Assembly: GCA_963796275.1 (NCBI GenBank)
Contig: CAWCKY010000002.1
Span: forward strand, 416,001-480,000
Direction: 5' to 3'
Length of the DNA stretch: 64,000 bases
Origin: an uncultured Acidobacteriota bacterium
GTDB taxonomy: Bacteria; Acidobacteriota; Blastocatellia; RBC074
A program made the translations under genes and the position numbers. A model generated the notes under the pieces. It was not told the origin of the DNA and did no database searches. It saw only the letters and a program-made list of their open reading frames with translations. This document shows positions 9,870 through 19,704 of this stretch, one piece after another. How positions within the stretch are numbered: position 1 is the stretch's first letter; each line of letters opens with the position of its first letter.

Positions 9870-12785
9870 TCAATTTAAATATAACAGCTCATTCGCATTC
9901 AGCAGCGCGCGCATAAATGCCCGCCAGCCGTATTCGGCGATTAACGCCGAAGCCGCCCGCTCCTCCTCCGCCGTCGGCGGGCGTTGAAAAACGAGCGCGA
10001 ACGCACGGCGTGCCTGCGCGATTTCATTCCGCGTTGCTTCGCGTTTCACGCGCTCAACCAGCGCGTCCGCCATCACAAGCGTGAACGCGTGATTGAGCAT
10101 AGTCAAAGCCTGTAATGGTGAGGTCGTGTGGATACGGTTGGGCGCTGCCGAAGCGTTGTCAGGCAAATCGAAATCGGTCAACCCATCTATCAGCGAGGAG
10201 CGGGCGTTCTGATGATAGACTGCGCGCCGGTAAGTTTCAGGCCCGTGCTGATCGAGCGGGACGAAGGTCGCTACATTGTCTTCAAGATAACGGTAGAGCC
10301 GGAAGCCTGGGCCGCCCATCCGCAAATCCAGCTTGCCGCTTACGGCGAGCAGCGTGTCGCGAATCTCCTCTGCATCAAGCCTTCGCGGCGGGAATCGCCA
10401 CAGCAGGCGAGCGCCGCCGTCGGCCTGCGCCTCGGATTCGCGATAGTCGCTACTCTGCCGGTACGTTTGCGAGAGCAGAATCTCGCGGTGCAGCGCTTTC
10501 AACCGCCAACCATGCGATAACAACCGTCGCGTAAGCCAATCGAGCAACTCGGGATGAGTGGGTTTACCGCCCAGGTAGCCGAAATCGCTGGGAGTGTCTA
10601 CCAGTCCTGTCCCAAAGTGATAATGCCAGATCCGGTTAGCCAGCACGCGCGCGGTCAGCGGGTTTTCATCGCTGGCGATCCATTGCGCCAACGCTAACCG
10701 GCGCTCACCTTCCGGCGCGGTGGGAGGCAAGTCAAACGGCTTCAATGCGCGTTCCAGGACAGCCAGACTGGAAGGCGTCACCTCCGCTCCGCGGCGTAAC
10801 GGATCGCCGCCTTTTTGCACGTAGGTGATCTCCTTCGGCTGTTCGAATTTACCCGCCCAAACGAGCGGAAGAGGTGAAATGGCTTGCAGCCCGCGGTTGA
10901 TCTGCGCCAATTCCTCGTCGAGCGTCTTCAGCGTTTGCCGCTCCGCATCCGTAATTACCGCGCGCGAAAACCGCTCGATCAAATGCGCCTCGTTGAGCGG
11001 CGGGCGCTCCGTGGAGTCCGCGACCGGTCTCCACCTTTTGCCGTCCAGCGAGATCGACACCTCATATTCGGCGACGAAGGGCCCCAGCCCAGCGCCCGGG
11101 TCATTCGGAGAAGCCGTGCGGTCATGCGAAAAGAGTATGCGCTCGATGGTTTCGACCTGCGGAAACGTCAAGATGAGCTCCGCCGGATTGCCCACAAACC
11201 AGCGCTCACCGAATTTTCCATCATTTACCAACTCAACGCCGTATGCGTCCGCGCCTGCGAGATCTTCTGCGCGTCGAGCTGTCACGCCAGTCGCCCTGGC
11301 GCCGGAGCTCGCCAGCGCGATGTTTCGTCCCGCCGGCGAGAAGACTTCAAATTCATCCAGGCGCGCATTGACGGCAGACTTCGGATTCTCTGAATGCGCA
11401 AGCATTTTGAATTTCAAATAGCGCGCGGGGACCGGCGTAAAGCGGTGCTCATTGAAATGGCGCGTGACTTTCGCCAGTGGATAGCTGGTGAACTGCGCCG
11501 CCTTCTCTTTCGCACGCCGGGCGATGCTTTTCTCCAACTCTGTCTTCTCTCGCGCCAGCTCGGTGCGGCGCGATTCGAGCGGGCGCGCGGCTGCGGCGTA
11601 CCGCTCTTTCGCCGCCGGGGGCGCCACCACGCGATCACCGTGCGTTACGCCTTCGAATGCTGCGCGCATTCGATAGTAATCCTCGGTGGGAATCGGATCG
11701 AATTTGTGGTGATGGCAACGCGCGCAATTCACAGTCAGGCCGAGGAAAGCGTTGCTGGTCGCTGTAATCATATCGTCGAGCGTGTTGGCGCGAATGATCT
11801 GCTTCTGTGCTTCATCCTGATTGCCGACCGTATCGTAAGGCCCGCAAACCAGGAACGCCGTGCCGACCTCCACCGCCGGATCGCCTCTCCCGATCACGTC
11901 CCCAGCCAGCTGTTCGATGATGAAACGGTTGAACGGCTTGTCGTCATTGAAAGAACGAATAGCATAATCACGGTACGGCCAGAGATTGTTGATGATGTGA
12001 TTCTGCTCGAACCCTTTGCTCTCGCCATAACGCGCTACGTCCAGCCAGTGCCTCCCCCACTGTTCGCCATAACGCGGCGAGGCCAACAAACGATCGATGA
12101 GTTTCTCATACGCTTGCGGGTCTTTGTCGCTAACGAACGCTTCGACCTCCTCGGGTGATGGCGGCAGGCCGGTCAAATCGTAGCTCACCCTGCGAATCAG
12201 CGCGCGGCGATCCGCCGGAGGATTCGGCCGCAGATTGCGTTCGGCAAGCTTCGCGAAAATGAATCGATCTATGGGCGAGTTCGCCCAATTATCCGGGATG
12301 CCTTTGGGCATCGGCGGTTCCGTTTTCGCTATCGGTTGTATCGACCACCAATCTTTTTCGGCGCGCCTGGCTTCCGCGGTCGTCTTATCATCAGGCCAGT
12401 ATGCGCCGGCGTCGATCCACGTCTTGAGCAACGAGATCTCGCGGGGCGTCAGGCGATCGCCTGTTGGCGGCATCATCTCGGTTTTATCGCTGCTAGTTAC
12501 ACGTCGAATGAGTTCGCTGGCCCCGCTATTTCCGGGAACGATCACGACGCCGCCCGCGCCGCCTTTCAGCGCGCCGGCTTTGTGATCCAGCCGCAAGCCG
12601 GACTTCTGTTTATCAGAGCCGTGGCATTCGATACAACGGTTATGCAGCAGAGGGCGGATATCCCGCTCGAAATCTACCTGGCGGTTGCTGCTGGATGCCC
12701 TGGACGCCTGTTCACCAAATGCCCACCAGCTGAATGCCAGAGCAGCTGACGCGCACAGCAATCTGATTGTGTTTCGGCTTCTCAT
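9870..12785 (-). CDS. PSD1 / DUF1549-DUF1553 planctomycete cytochrome c domain protein with central discoidin (F5/8)-like insert
   Basis: Signal peptide; CxxCH motifs CIECH and CARCH; 'LIRRVSYDLTGLPP', 'YGEQWGRHWLDVARY', 'PTHPELLDWL', 'PLQALTMLN'. Confidence 0.92.
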   Translation of the reverse strand: MRSRNTIRLLCASAALAFSWWAFGEQASRASSSNRQVDFERDIRPLLHNRCIECHGSDKQKSGLRLDHKAGALKGGAGGVVIVPGNSGASELIRRVTSSDKTEMMPPTGDRLTPREISLLKTWIDAGAYWPDDKTTAEARRAEKDWWSIQPIAKTEPPMPKGIPDNWANSPIDRFIFAKLAERNLRPNPPADRRALIRRVSYDLTGLPPSPEEVEAFVSDKDPQAYEKLIDRLLASPRYGEQWGRHWLDVARYGESKGFEQNHIINNLWPYRDYAIRSFNDDKPFNRFIIEQLAGDVIGRGDPAVEVGTAFLVCGPYDTVGNQDEAQKQIIRANTLDDMITATSNAFLGLTVNCARCHHHKFDPIPTEDYYRMRAAFEGVTHGDRVVAPPAAKERYAAAARPLESRRTELAREKTELEKSIARRAKEKAAQFTSYPLAKVTRHFNEHRFTPVPARYLKFKMLAHSENPKSAVNARLDEFEVFSPAGRNIALASSGARATGVTARRAEDLAGADAYGVELVNDGKFGERWFVGNPAELILTFPQVETIERILFSHDRTASPNDPGAGLGPFVAEYEVSISLDGKRWRPVADSTERPPLNEAHLIERFSRAVITDAERQTLKTLDEELAQINRGLQAISPLPLVWAGKFEQPKEITYVQKGGDPLRRGAEVTPSSLAVLERALKPFDLPPTAPEGERRLALAQWIASDENPLTARVLANRIWHYHFGTGLVDTPSDFGYLGGKPTHPELLDWLTRRLLSHGWRLKALHREILLSQTYRQSSDYRESEAQADGGARLLWRFPPRRLDAEEIRDTLLAVSGKLDLRMGGPGFRLYRYLEDNVATFVPLDQHGPETYRRAVYHQNARSSLIDGLTDFDLPDNASAAPNRIHTTSPLQALTMLNHAFTLVMADALVERVKREATRNEIAQARRAFALVFQRPPTAEEERAASALIAEYGWRAFMRALLNANELLYLN

Positions 12786-12823
12786 CTAATCTGGCTCCTG
12801 TTTTGTGATCCATCGAGAGCGCA

Positions 12824-14008
12824 TCAGCGCCCGATCCCCTGTCGCATTACGCGCAAGAAATTGCCCCCCAGTATCTTCTTCACATCGCCTTCGCTATAAC
12901 CGCGCTGAAGCAGCATCGCCGTCAGGGCTGGCATCTTCGATACATCCTCCAGCCCAGAGGGCACTGTGCTGATACCGTCCCAATCGCTGCCGATGCCGAC
13001 GTGATCTGCGCCGACGAGTTTGACGACGTGGTCGATGTGCGCGACCGCGTCCTCGATCGTCGCCAGGTTCGGTTTCATTACGCTGTAGGTGTCGAGATAA
13101 TCTTTCGCCGCGAATTGATCGAGAGCGCTGCCCGTAAGGTTCGGTTCGACAGCGGCTCGTGCGGCGAAACCGCGACGACTCGCCTCGACCTCTTTCTGGC
13201 TGAGAAAACTCGCGCCGAAGTTGATCCCGATCACGCCGCCGTTTTTCGCCAGCGCAAGGATCATCTCATCTGTCATATTGCGCGGCACGTCGACAAGAGC
13301 GCGGCAGCTCGAGTGCGAGGCGATGACCGGCTTCGTCGTGACCGCCAGCGTGTCATAGAAGGTTTTGTCCGAGACGTGCGAGATGTCCACGATCATACCG
13401 ATGCGGTTCATCTCGCGCACCACTTCCCTGCCGAATTCGCTCAGGCCATTATGCTGCGGTTTATCGGTGGATGAATCGGCCCAATTGGTGTTGCGGAAAT
13501 GCGTGAGCGTCATAGAGCGCACTCCCAGGCGGTGATACATACGCAGCGCGGCCAGATCGTCGGCAATCGCGTGGCCGCTCTCGATCGTCAACACGGCGGA
13601 GATTTTTCCGGCTTTGACGATGCGTTCGACATCACCGGCAGTCAGAGCCAGCTCGATTTGATCGGGATGCTCGTCGAGGACACGCTGCATAGCGTCGCGT
13701 AGTTGTAACGTGCGCCGCACGGCCTCTGAGCCTTTGTAATAGGTCGGGACGTAGAGAGCGAAGAAGGGAGCTCGCATCCCGGACTCCCGCAGGCGCGGCA
13801 GATCGACGTGTCCCCCGGCGGTGCGCTTTGAGATGTCTTCGCCGCCATTCAACGTGCGTTGGATGGTGTCAATGTGGCTGTCGACGCCGAGCGCTTCGGC
13901 GTGGATGCGACGGGCGCGGGCCAAATCCTGACTCCTCTCCGCCGGTGCATCGGATGGCGCCATAGACAAGACCGCGGACATCATGAAAATAATGAATATA
14001 TTTCTCAT
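12824..14008 (-). CDS. Membrane dipeptidase (M19, renal dipeptidase family)
   Basis: 'DSHID', 'LGVRSMTLTH', 'VDISHVS', 'PVIASHS', 'RNMTD', 'HIDHV', 'VGIGSDWDG', 'ILGGNFLRV'; signal peptide. Confidence 0.92.
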   Translation of the reverse strand: MRNIFIIFMMSAVLSMAPSDAPAERSQDLARARRIHAEALGVDSHIDTIQRTLNGGEDISKRTAGGHVDLPRLRESGMRAPFFALYVPTYYKGSEAVRRTLQLRDAMQRVLDEHPDQIELALTAGDVERIVKAGKISAVLTIESGHAIADDLAALRMYHRLGVRSMTLTHFRNTNWADSSTDKPQHNGLSEFGREVVREMNRIGMIVDISHVSDKTFYDTLAVTTKPVIASHSSCRALVDVPRNMTDEMILALAKNGGVIGINFGASFLSQKEVEASRRGFAARAAVEPNLTGSALDQFAAKDYLDTYSVMKPNLATIEDAVAHIDHVVKLVGADHVGIGSDWDGISTVPSGLEDVSKMPALTAMLLQRGYSEGDVKKILGGNFLRVMRQGIGR

Positions 14009-14178
14009 AAAGACCGACGGAACCTTATGGTCTGCGCGGAAACCAGGGCGCGACCATTGTTTAACGGCGATGATCAGTGGATGCCGTGTGAAAACGACAT
14101 AGGAGTTCCAGATACCGCCCCGTTATGCACCAAATGCATGGCAAAGACAAGGGCTTCCGTTTTCTGGCTGTGTGGATT

Positions 14179-14315
14179 TTAGCTAATGAAAACAACGTGG
14201 TACTTGCAATCCAACCTCGAGTGGTAGAAGCTTGGGAAAGTTTCTTATCTATCGTTTCCTTCTGGTTTGGTTTCAGCATCCATGTCAGTCGCGCCTTTAG
14301 GGTTGTTAGTTCACA
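14179..14315 (-). mobile_element. 5' remnant of an IS200/IS605-family Y1 transposase (tnpA) with probable left-end sequence
   Basis: Minus-strand frame at 14235-14179 reads 'PSFYHSRLDCKYHVVFIS*', matching the IS200 TnpA N-terminus 'SLSHxRWDCKYHVVFIPK'. Too short for the ORF track. Confidence 0.65.
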
Positions 14316-14341
14316 GTACATTTTGTGAGGAGGAAAATCAG

Positions 14342-15580
14342 ATGCTCAATCGTCGCGGTTTTCTCAAGAGTTCGTTGTTAGGACTGGCGGGCGCGAGTCT
14401 GAGCGCATCGCACAATGGGGCATTGAACGCAGCCGTGCCAAAGATGAAGATCACGCGAGTTCGCTTTTACGAATCCCCGATCAGCCGTCCGATGGTCAAT
14501 CAGAGCTTCCACATCGTCACGGTCGAAACAGATCAAGGTCTTACCGGCATCGGCGAAGGCGGCTATTTGGACGGCGTGCGCGAGTGCGCCGAGACGCTGA
14601 TCGGCGAAGATCCTGCCAACATTGATCGCTGCTGGCAGTTGATGTTTCGCGGACGGTTCTATCCGGCGGGGCGGGAAAAGCTCCACTCAATGGGTGCAAT
14701 AGATCTGGCTTTGTGGGACATCAAGGGCAAGGCGCTCGGCGTACCGGTCTACGAGCTGCTCGGCGGCAAATCGCGAGACTACATCGAATGCTATTCCACC
14801 GGCTTCGTTCCCAGCAAAGGCAATTTGAAAGAGACCGCGAAGGCCACCATTGAAGAGGGCTTTCGGGCATTCCGCACTTCTGTGTCTGAACTCAGCGGCG
14901 GCGATCCGACATTCAACTCGCAGCGAATGGTGAGAAAGACGCACGAAAACTGTATTGCTATCCGTGAGGCGATTGGGCCGGACGCCGACTGGTGCATCGA
15001 CTATCACACGCGGTTGGATTTCCCAGACGCTGTACGGTTGAGCACACTGCTGGAATCGCTGGAGCCGTATTTCTGCGAAGACCTGGTGCGGTCGGAAAAC
15101 CCCGGCGTCTATCGCCAGCTTCGCCCGCAGGTCAAAGTGCCCATCGCCGTCGGCGAACAGTTCGGCACGCGCTGGGAGATCAATGAACTGATCGAGGGGC
15201 GCCTGATCGATTATAACCGCGTCACCATCCCTAACTGCGGCGGCATCACCGAATACGCCAAACTCGCCGCCCTGTGCGAAACGCATTACGTCGGTTTGAC
15301 GCCGCACTTCACCGGCCCGGTCTCGGAAGCCGCTCTGGTTCACGCCTGCGCGGCCTTCTCTGGACCAGTTATGATGGAATTGGCCGGGACATACAAACTC
15401 GACATCCCTTACTTGCCGCGCCATTTCGATTATCGCAACGGCAAGCTGTGGCCGAATGATCGTCCGGGACTGGGCGTCGAATTCGACTCTACCAAGTTGA
15501 AACTGATGGCGGAGTTCACGACGCCCAACCAGCCGCTCAAACTGTTCCGCCGTCCCGACGGATCACTTACGAACTGGTAG
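14342..15580 (+). CDS. Mandelate racemase/muconate lactonizing (enolase superfamily) acid-sugar dehydratase, galactonate-dehydratase-like, with Tat signal
   Basis: GAGGAGG RBS; 'NRRGFLK'; 'VETDQGLTGIGE', 'AIDLALWDIKGKALGVPVYELLGG', 'IDYH', 'FCED', 'PIAVGE', 'PGLGVE'. Confidence 0.9.
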   Translation: MLNRRGFLKSSLLGLAGASLSASHNGALNAAVPKMKITRVRFYESPISRPMVNQSFHIVTVETDQGLTGIGEGGYLDGVRECAETLIGEDPANIDRCWQLMFRGRFYPAGREKLHSMGAIDLALWDIKGKALGVPVYELLGGKSRDYIECYSTGFVPSKGNLKETAKATIEEGFRAFRTSVSELSGGDPTFNSQRMVRKTHENCIAIREAIGPDADWCIDYHTRLDFPDAVRLSTLLESLEPYFCEDLVRSENPGVYRQLRPQVKVPIAVGEQFGTRWEINELIEGRLIDYNRVTIPNCGGITEYAKLAALCETHYVGLTPHFTGPVSEAALVHACAAFSGPVMMELAGTYKLDIPYLPRHFDYRNGKLWPNDRPGLGVEFDSTKLKLMAEFTTPNQPLKLFRRPDGSLTNW

Positions 15581-15628
15581 TCGAGGTAATTATCTGGAGG
15601 GCAGTCGGGCTATTAATATTGTTCACCA

Positions 15629-15658
15629 AACTGCGAATTTCCTGGGAAACTCGCAGTT
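15629..15658. terminator. Hairpin between convergent genes
   Basis: AACTGCGAATTTCC-tg-GGAAACTCGCAGTT near-perfect stem. Confidence 0.55.
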
Positions 15659-15696
15659 GCGATTCTGTGTACCGCCGCGTTTGGTTGGCGGAGCCC

Positions 15697-15733
15697 ATGG
15701 AGTGCGGTAGCTCGCTCGCTACCGCTTTGGTAG
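15697..15733. repeat. REP-like palindrome GCGGTAGC-tcgctc-GCTACCGC
   Basis: Inverted repeat read directly; its reverse complement shares GCGGTAGCGAGCG with 35273-35293. Confidence 0.5.
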
Positions 15734-15841
15734 TGCATTGCTCAATTGACTCGCTAAGGGACAACTGAGCAATTCTCAATCTTCGGTCACTGTGGCAGGC
15801 CACCAAGTGGGTTTCAGCTACAGCCTGAGTCAAGGAATTGA

Positions 15842-17005
15842 CTACGTGAACCCTGTGGCAATCCTTCCGCGATGTTTTGATTCCCCAAATTGCTGGGCGG
15901 GCTCAGTTGTAAGAGAAGCGAGAATCTGGCGAAAATTCATTCCTGCATCGGCCATCAGCACATATTCATCGCTCGGATCATAATCACTCACATAGCCGGT
16001 ATCCGTCCCGAACAAAACCACCCCTCCCGACGCATTCCGCAACTGACCAATAGCGGTCCCAACAAACCGATCGCGAACCGATGTACGCTCGTGCCGCAGC
16101 TCGTACTTCCACAGTTTCAGCGTTGGTATGAGGGAGACTCCTCCCTGCCTCATCGTCGACAGTACAGCTTCATCCCATGGACCCGACCCCGGTGTTGTGT
16201 GCACCAACACATCGAATCCACTTCGGACCGCGGTCAGTAATGCCTCGCGGTTCGTCGGATGAGCGAAAACAGGTTTTCCTTGACGGTGAGCTTCATTAAC
16301 GGCGGCTTGCATGGCGCTCTCGGGAAGAGCGACAAATGGGGGATACCAGGTTGCCGCATAAAGCTTGATCCCATCCGCGCCCCCATCGAGAAGCCTCTTC
16401 GAAGCGGCCAGCGCTTCCGCAGCATCTGCTACCTCGGGAGACTGGACCCTCATCGCCCCGACGACATCCAAAATCTCCGGTTTCCACGAACCACCCTTCG
16501 GAAATAATATCTCGCCAGTCGAGCGGATTTTCGGACCTGGTATTTCGCCTGACTCGATGCGGTCGCGCATCCGTCGCGTGTTCTCCCACATCGATCCTGT
16601 ATCGAATACGCTCGTAAATCCATACCGCGTGAGCATCGCCTGAAGCTGTTCAGTGAACTCGGCCGCCGGAATATTGGCCGCATCTGCCCATTTCCTCTCA
16701 GTGAAGTTGACATGGCTGTTCCAAAAACCTGCGGTGATCGTCAGCCCGGTACAGTCGATGGTCTGGGTGCCCTGGGGTATCTTTAGCGACTCGATGCTCC
16801 CCACCGCAGCGATCTTGCCGTCTCGGATGAGAATCGCACCGTCCCGCATCGGCTCCTCCGTCGGGCCGACGTAAACCGTGCCGCCGACGAGAGCCAACTG
16901 CCGCTTCGTGATCAACCTAGATTGTCCGAGGAGTATGCTGCAAAAGTAGGCCAGGAGAACTACCACCCCGAGACCGAGAAAGAGTATTGAAAGTCTGGGA
17001 CGCAT
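15842..17005 (-). pseudogene. Amidohydrolase family protein, probably C-terminally truncated and degraded
   Basis: 'DGAILIRDGKIAAVG', 'AGFWNSHVN' (HxH changed to HxN), 'GADGIK', 'FAHP', 'LFGTD'. Stops at 'GRIATGFT*' without the usual 'ADLVVL...G' closing strands. Confidence 0.7.
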
Positions 17006-17337
17006 AATATTGATACGGTGCAAGCCGGCATTTGTTCCCGGGGTAGCAGACAGACGGATCATTGCAATTTCTCTTTGGTATATCTCCCCAGGGCGACTCC
17101 TGGATGATTCTCGGTCAAAGTGCGCTGCCTTCTTTTATGTACGTGATCTTCTTCAGTCTGCTGTGAAACTCCTTCCGAAGAGCGAGCCTGACGAACCATC
17201 GATTCATTGAACGTCAGGGTTTATGGAATTCGTGCCCAATGGCCAAAGTGGAACCCTCATCTATTGCACTCCCATATGAGATGTGCCAGGCTTATATTGG
17301 AACCTAATAGGAGGTATCGCTGCAATGTAGAAGAAAG

Positions 17338-17403
17338 ATGGACAGGGGGACTCTCGCCCTCATCGTGCTGCGGACACTAGAAATGGCCGCCTGGAATGGC
17401 TTC
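17338..17403 (+). pseudogene. N-terminal remnant of an acidobacterial-type PadR regulator
   Basis: 'RGTLALIVLRTLEMAAWNGF' resembles 'QGTLDLMVLKTLEAMGPLHGY'. AGGAGG lies upstream; similarity ends where the convergent gene ends. Confidence 0.5.
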
Positions 17404-17426
17404 TTAAGCGGCCGACATCGGGGCGC

Positions 17427-19319
17427 TCACAGCCCGATATCTCGGACAAGTTTTGAGAATCTCAAATCTGAACGAAGACTATCCCAGAATGGATCGATTT
17501 TAAGGAACATCAGCCGGTCGTCCCGTTCATCATAGGCTTGTTGCAGCGAGGCGAATGCCTGATCTTTATCTCCGAGGGCGCTGTAAATAGTGGCGAAATG
17601 ATAAGGCATTACATAACGTCGCCCGGATAGCTCTTTCAAGTGTTCCAATATCTTCCGTGCTTCGGCCTGCCTTCCGGAGATTGCGTATGTGCGTCCAAGC
17701 GGCCCCAGACAATGGGTGTAATCCGATCTCAGTTTGAGCGCTTCCTGAAAGGCCGCAATCGCTTCCCCATACTTTCCTTTTTGCTCATATGACCTCCCGA
17801 GAAATTCGTATGCTTGAATGAATCGCGGATCCATCTCCAGAGTCCTACCCGATTGTTCAATAGCTTGGTCGAAGCGGCGAGCGAAGTAGTTCATAATTGC
17901 CACATTCACGCCAGTCGCGAGTGAGAGCGGGTCGATCTCCTGCGCCCTTTTCACTTCGGCGATAGCATCGTCGAACCTTTCCGCGATGACGAGAGAGAAC
18001 GCAGCATACCATTGATGTGCCCCGGCATAGCCGGGATTCAGATCGAGAGCTCGTTTGAAATCCCTTTCAGCGCCCGCCCAATCCCAGTCGTACCGCGCTC
18101 TAGCAATAGCGAGCACAGTATGAGCTTCGGCCAGTTGATCATCGATTTCCAGCGCTTTAATCGCGGCAGCCTTCGCTTTCGGATAGGTCTCCTTCGGCGG
18201 CAGTAGACCGTAACCGCCAAGTAAGTGATGGCAATCGGCCAACCCGGCATAAGCGAGGGCATATTTGTGGTCTTTATTAACCGCCTGCTGGAAATATTCG
18301 ATGGCCTTGTGAAAACCCTCCTCGGTTCTTTTATCCATGAAAAACCGGCCTTTGACGTACGCCTGATAGGCCTCGGTATTCTCGGTGTAATGTTTCGCGA
18401 GCCTGTTCCGCTCCGCGCCAGTCAGTTCCGGCGCAAGGGCCTTAGCTATCTTTTCCGAGATGGAGTCCTGAGCGGTGAAGACATCGGTAAAATGCTCATC
18501 GTAATGATCTGACCAGAGCGACGATCCATCTCTGGTGTTGATGAGACGTGCAGTGACACGCACTTTATCGCCATCTCGATGCAGGCTCCCCTCAAGCACA
18601 GCATCGACTCGTTGTTCTCGCCCTGCCGCTACCGGGTCTTGATCGAGCGATGAGTATCTACGGATCGCGCCGGTTGGTCTGACTATGATCCGTCTCAGAT
18701 TGCTGAGCCTGGTGATCAAAGTATCCGCCATCCCAAGCTCAAATGCCTCATCGCGATGATTCGCTACCAGTGGTTTGAACGGGAGCACGGCAATTGTCCT
18801 CGGAATTTCAGTAACCGGCTGGACGGTTTTCCAGGGCTTCCACCAGAAGACGAGAACCAGTGCCAGTACTGTCGATACAAGCCCTATCACCAAAACAACG
18901 TCTTTGCGATCGACGCCTCGATCAGAAGGCTCTTCTCTCCCCTCTACCAGTATAGTGTCCGGCGTCCCTGCATTTTTACTGGGAGCATCGGAGATTTCAG
19001 CGATGAAACGGTAGCCTCGTTTAGGTACAGTCTCGATGTAGCTCGGGGCATCCGCATTGTCGCCGATCACTTGACGTATCTCTTTGATCGCTCGCGACAA
19101 GGCGTTGTCGCTGACGAAGGAATCTTTCCAGACCTGTTCGAATAGCTCTTGCTTATCGACGACGCGCTCACGGTGTTCTATCAGATAGTTGAGCACCTCA
19201 AAGGCGCGCGGAGTGATTTTCTTCGACTCCCCAGCTTTCACCAGACAATAGCGATCGAACTCCACCACCACATCAGCAAAGCGGTAAGTGCGAAGACCGA
19301 TTTCATCGCCATTTTTCAC
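17427..19319 (-). CDS. CadC/ToxR-like membrane regulator: winged HTH + TM + TolB-N-like domain + TPRs
   Basis: 'YIETVPKRGYRFIA'; TM 'VVLVIGLVSTVLALVLVFWW'; 'IAVLPFKPL', 'LGMADTLITRL', 'AYQAYVKGRF', 'WDWAGAERDFKRALDLNP'. AGGAG RBS before GTG 19319. Confidence 0.9.
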   Translation of the reverse strand: MKNGDEIGLRTYRFADVVVEFDRYCLVKAGESKKITPRAFEVLNYLIEHRERVVDKQELFEQVWKDSFVSDNALSRAIKEIRQVIGDNADAPSYIETVPKRGYRFIAEISDAPSKNAGTPDTILVEGREEPSDRGVDRKDVVLVIGLVSTVLALVLVFWWKPWKTVQPVTEIPRTIAVLPFKPLVANHRDEAFELGMADTLITRLSNLRRIIVRPTGAIRRYSSLDQDPVAAGREQRVDAVLEGSLHRDGDKVRVTARLINTRDGSSLWSDHYDEHFTDVFTAQDSISEKIAKALAPELTGAERNRLAKHYTENTEAYQAYVKGRFFMDKRTEEGFHKAIEYFQQAVNKDHKYALAYAGLADCHHLLGGYGLLPPKETYPKAKAAAIKALEIDDQLAEAHTVLAIARARYDWDWAGAERDFKRALDLNPGYAGAHQWYAAFSLVIAERFDDAIAEVKRAQEIDPLSLATGVNVAIMNYFARRFDQAIEQSGRTLEMDPRFIQAYEFLGRSYEQKGKYGEAIAAFQEALKLRSDYTHCLGPLGRTYAISGRQAEARKILEHLKELSGRRYVMPYHFATIYSALGDKDQAFASLQQAYDERDDRLMFLKIDPFWDSLRSDLRFSKLVRDIGL

Positions 19320-19704
19320 AATGAATGTATCTCCTACGCAAAGACAGGAATTACAGAATCGATGCAAATCCAGAAAAATTCCGTAAATCTTTATCTATTC
19401 CATCATTTTAGGTCGTGACGACATGAAGGACTCCTCAAGGATGGAGGCTGCGGTCACAAAAAAATCACATCCCGGTCAGTATTTCGTCATTACGAGAAAC
19501 CGAACTGTGATTATAGTCCGAGATCGTGAGACAACAAATGATCACTGCGAAACTAAGCGGCCCTAGCCAACTACCTGGCTGTATAGCCCATATACAGATA
19601 TGGACAGGTGAACCGATGTTTTATAGCAACTTTCGTCGATTTCCAGACCTTCTTTCGGCCTTCTTTCGTTACTCGGTGATCAATAAAGTAATAAGGAGGA
19701 AAAT

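Noticed and set aside
19450-19495. ECF41-like promoter (GTCACA...CGTC) upstream of the first VHPO
   Set aside because: Spacing and the -10 element do not fit convincingly.
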